Below are positions 60,801 through 64,000 of a stretch of 64,000 nt of DNA, piece by piece. The notes below the pieces were generated by a model, which saw nothing but the letters and a program-made list of their open reading frames with translations, was not told the DNA's origin and searched no databases. Source of the DNA: Auanema rhodensis (Eukaryota; Animalia; Nematoda); NCBI GenBank assembly GCA_964057225.1, contig OZ059896.1, forward strand, positions 8,742,001 through 8,806,000, given 5' to 3'. The translations under genes were made by a program, and so were the position numbers. How positions within the stretch are numbered: position 1 is the first letter of the stretch; each line of letters opens with the position of its first letter.

Positions 60801-62556
60801 GAGGATGGCAGTTTGGTCCTTCACATGGTTCTTCAGGTTCGAATGGTTCAGGTGTTGGACGGGGTCCTGGACGAGGATGACAGTTTGGTCCTTCACATGG
60901 TTCTTCAGGTTCGAATGGTTCAGGTGTTGGACGGGGTCCTGGACGAGGATGGCAGTTTGGTGCTTCACATGGTTCTTCAGGTTCGAATGGTTCAGGTGTT
61001 GGACGGGGTCCTGGACGAGGATGGCAGTTTGGTCCTTCACATGGTTCTTCAGGTTCGAATGGTTCAGGTGTTGGACGGGGTCCTGGACGAGGATGACAGT
61101 TTGGTCCTTCACATGGTTCTTCAGGTTCGAATGGTTCAGGTGTTGGACGGGGTCCTGGACGAGGATGGCAGTTTGGTGCTTCACATGGTTCTTCAGGTTC
61201 GAATGGTTCAGGTGTTGGACGGGGTCCTGGACGAGGATGGCAGTTTGGTCCTTCACATGGTTCTTCAGGTTCGAATGGCTCTGGTGTTGGGCGTGAAGGA
61301 TGGTAGCATTCAGGCCCTTGGCATGATTGTTCAGGTTCGAATGGTTCTGGTGTTGGACGTGGTCGTGGATGATGATGGCAGTTTGGTCCTTCGCATGGTT
61401 CTGTTGGTCCCGTAGGCTGTGGAGTTGTAGTATCAGGGTGGCAATCACGTCCATAACATGGTTCTACTATTTTTGGACTATATGTTGTTACAACGATTGG
61501 AATATCTGAAGTTTCTTCTTCTGGTTCAAAAGTTTTGTTAGAATCATCTTCTGGTACAAGATGATTCGTTCGTTTAGGGCATGTACAATAAATTCCGTCT
61601 ACTCCTGTAGAGCCTGCTTCACCTGTTGGTCCAACCAAGCCGTCCAGTCCACGTGGGCCTGATCGACCACGTACTCCTTCTGCCCCCAACGCTCCGGGCA
61701 TTCCTGGATTTCCAGTTTTTCCTGGAGGACCTGTTGTTCCTTGAGGACCTGTTTGACCAGGTGGACCTGGGACGCCAATCGATCTGATGACCTTGCGGCC
61801 GTTTCTTCCAGATGGACCAATTAATCCTTGTGGTCCAACATCTCCTTGAATTCCTTCATCTCCAGCTTCACCCAGCACTCCTTTTTCTCCTGGTCTTCCT
61901 GGATGTCCTGGAAGACCTGCTAATCCGGGAACTCCATCAACACCTCTCAATCCACTTCGACCAGGTGGTCCAGCAGGACCAGCAGGACATAGGTAACACT
62001 TTGTAGGATAGTTGGGTTTCCTATATAACTTTCGAGCATAATTACCCTTCTTTCCCGGTTTTCCTGATTTGCCAGGTGAGCCAGGCCATCCATCTTTCCC
62101 AGGTGAACCTGGAGGTCCCGGAGGACAGGTATTTCTTCCAGAAGAACAGGAAGCACAAATATCATTAGATCGTTTCTTACGTCCTAGTATGGCATCTAAC
62201 TCTTTGCTAGCTTTTTGAATTCCGAATCCATTATTAGTTCGGATCATCTCACGCCAAGCATCATCAGCAAAAGTCTACAAAACAAGAAAATTTAAATAAA
62301 ATATAAATTATACATATATATGCATATAGTTAATAATAAAATTATAATTAAGTATTTGTTATAATTAAATAAATTAAGAAAATAAATAAAAAAATTTTTT
62401 TTAAAAACTCACACGGAAATCAATCATATCCATCATTACATCATCATATAGTTTATTCATTTGTGTGAATATAGATATAAGCATTGTCATTGCCAATGCA
62501 ATGACAATACCAGATGCCACGCATCCGGCTATCACGAGTGTTCGAGTAGCTGACAT
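54835..62556 (-). CDS. Giant nematode cuticle collagen (2527 aa): Col_cuticle_N region, RKKR site, interrupted Gly-X-Y domain and a Pro/Glu/Arg/Cys repeat tail of about 2240 aa
   Basis: Exon 1 is 62556-62413 (MSATRTLVIAGCVASGIVIALAMTMLISIFTQMNKLYDDVMMDMIDFR, donor GTGAGT). The 138-nt intron is followed by exon 2, 62274-54835 (acceptor TTGTAG, starts TFADDAWREM, 7440 nt open). Cuticle-collagen hallmarks: hydrophobic anchor plus the F-x4-D-A-W-x-E-M block, RKKR (62170-62181), CASC-x6-CPPGPPG, internal CYLCPAGPAG, three Gly-X-Y blocks, and terminal YCTCPKR (61570-61590). Confidence 0.93.
55680..61460 (-). repeat. Coding minisatellite of about 5.8 kb: 72-bp (24-aa) and 60-bp (20-aa) units, 84 C-x4-C units
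   Basis: Type A unit CEGPNC-(HPR/HHH/HSR)-P(G/R)PRPTPEPFEPEEP is 72 bp. Type B unit CEGPECFPRPTPQPTEPEQP is 60 bp. Three 63-bp and one 54-bp variants occur. My count from unit spacing is 3 + 20 + 15 + 46. Confidence 0.95.
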
Positions 62557-63751
62557 ATCAGCTACTCGAGAAAAGAATTCAGAATGAACTATCCGAAAAC
62601 AATAATGTTTCTTCACTGCTTTTAAAGCATTTTCAAATACGGATGTGAGATTTTTAAGTTTTTTCAACTTGTGATTTTCTCGATTCATTCATCAGTTTTT
62701 TAGATTATAAAAAGTAGTCGCTATCGGGTAACCCCTGAACTGATGGGACGTTTTTCATTCATTTACAAGCAGTATTCAAGATTTTCGATGAAAATATTCA
62801 AATATTTTCATTATTCTTTCAAAGAATTTAATATGAAAATGAGAAATAACGAGAAATATATCGAGGGAAAAGTGAAAGGAAAAAAAATGATCTGACAACA
62901 CTTTAAATAGATCATTCAACATCACTTGTGATCCGATTTTGGTGACGACATTCTTTTGGTATTTGATTTATAACAATGATATCATTTGCTTTATTGTATA
63001 TTTCTTATAACTATATTATTATTATTACATTTAAATTATTTTTTAAAAAAAGTTTTATTCAAAACTAAATTATTATTATTATAATTCATCTCCATATTAT
63101 TATAATTTATCACAGAGATTGGCACTACAATATAAGGAAAGAAATTATTTGTTTATTCATTTGTTGTTGTTTTTGTTGTTGTTGTTGAACAAATTTTTGA
63201 AAAAAAAATTGGATAAGAGCTGATGAAAAAGAAAAAAAAATTAATATAAGCTCCTAAATACATATAACAATTTAAATTAATTTTTTTATAAAACATTTTG
63301 TTTATTATTTAAGTAAATATAAATAAAAATGACTTGCAATTGAGAAAAACCGGTATGTAGTCAAAGATTTCCTATACTCAGAATAGATATACACAGAAAA
63401 AGTCAAAATTTTAGACAAAAAAAAAATTAAAATAGTGGATCTGAGATCAAGCTGAATAATGCTAGAAGGGTAGGATGTGATGAATGATCTTTTAAAGAAA
63501 ATGGGCTATGCCCAAAAAAAATTTCACAAAATCTCGCTGTTGGGTATAAAGCTTATATGGTTCTTTAGGAATGTTTGCATAAGATCATTAAAACTTGAAG
63601 CATTTTACTATGCCTAAACCTAAGCTTTGGGAGAGATTTTTGAATATTTTTGAATAAAAAGAAACTAAAAACTCTCTTTCTTTCATCTATATTTGAATTA
63701 TTAAAGAAATATAATTAAAGCCTAACTATAATGATTTGGAAATCATATTGT

Positions 63752-64000
63752 TTAGACTGTTTTTAAGGTTGCAAGTTGTTGTTTTAAGGATTTGATGATG
63801 TTGTCTTGTTCAATCAGCTGACGACGAAGAGCGTCATTCTCACGAATCAATGCTTCTTTTGCTTCATCTTCATTATGAGCTGTTTCCTAAATTATATATT
63901 ATTATTATTATTATTATAAAATATTTATTATACTAACCTGTTCAACAAATTGACGAAGTTGTTGAAGTTGAGCTTTAATATCTTTAACTTCATTTAATCC
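63752..64000 (-). CDS. Last two exons of an unidentified coiled-coil protein (runs off the window)
   Basis: 64000-63938 gives GLNEVKDIKAQLQQLRQFVEQ, then a 51-nt intron (GTTAGT...TTTAG), then 63886-63752 gives ETAHNEDEAKEALIRENDALRRQLIEQDNIIKSLKQQLATLKTV-stop. In frame, with a heptad pattern. Confidence 0.8.

Noticed and set aside
55434-61454. Very long ORFs in other frames over the collagen array (1293, 1249, 826, 824, 571 and 532 aa)
   Set aside because: These are shadow ORFs: a stop-free unit whose length is a multiple of 3 repeats openly in several frames. They start and end near the array edges, are broken by single variant units, and give implausible W/V/M-rich products.
55680-61460. 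Array as CRISPR or non-coding satellite
   Set aside because: There are no unique spacers, the context is eukaryotic, and the array is in frame inside a collagen exon.
62557-62688. Upstream in-frame extension MNRENHK... of collagen exon 1
   Set aside because: MSATRT followed directly by the hydrophobic anchor fits the usual short cuticle-collagen N-terminus. The extension looks like UTR, but it is not strictly excluded.

Overview
AT-rich nematode genomic DNA, probably rhabditid-like, with GT-AG introns as short as 42 nt and TTTCAG/TTTTAG acceptors. No prokaryotic features are present. I spliced five protein-coding genes by hand. (1) The 3' part of a small Cys-rich, six-Cys-module gene (+, 424-1440). 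(2) A complete 13-exon JNK, jnk-1 (+, 10270-16350). (3) The NET-family (NocA/Elbow/TLP-1) zinc-finger gene tlp-1 (+, 32311-34863), the only gene I can find in about 38 kb that contains many GC-richer islands and TALE/Hox-like motifs. (4) A 2-exon cuticle collagen (-, 54835-62556, 2527 aa). It has a normal collagen of about 280 aa followed by a tail of about 2240 aa: 84 tandem C-x4-C / Pro-Arg / Pro-Glu units, then a Tyr-Pro-rich end. (5) The 3' end of a coiled-coil gene (-, 63752-64000). The giant collagen is the most striking object. Most other ORFs in the supplied track are microsatellite, AT-rich or repeat-shadow artefacts. All coordinates were read by eye and no database search was run.
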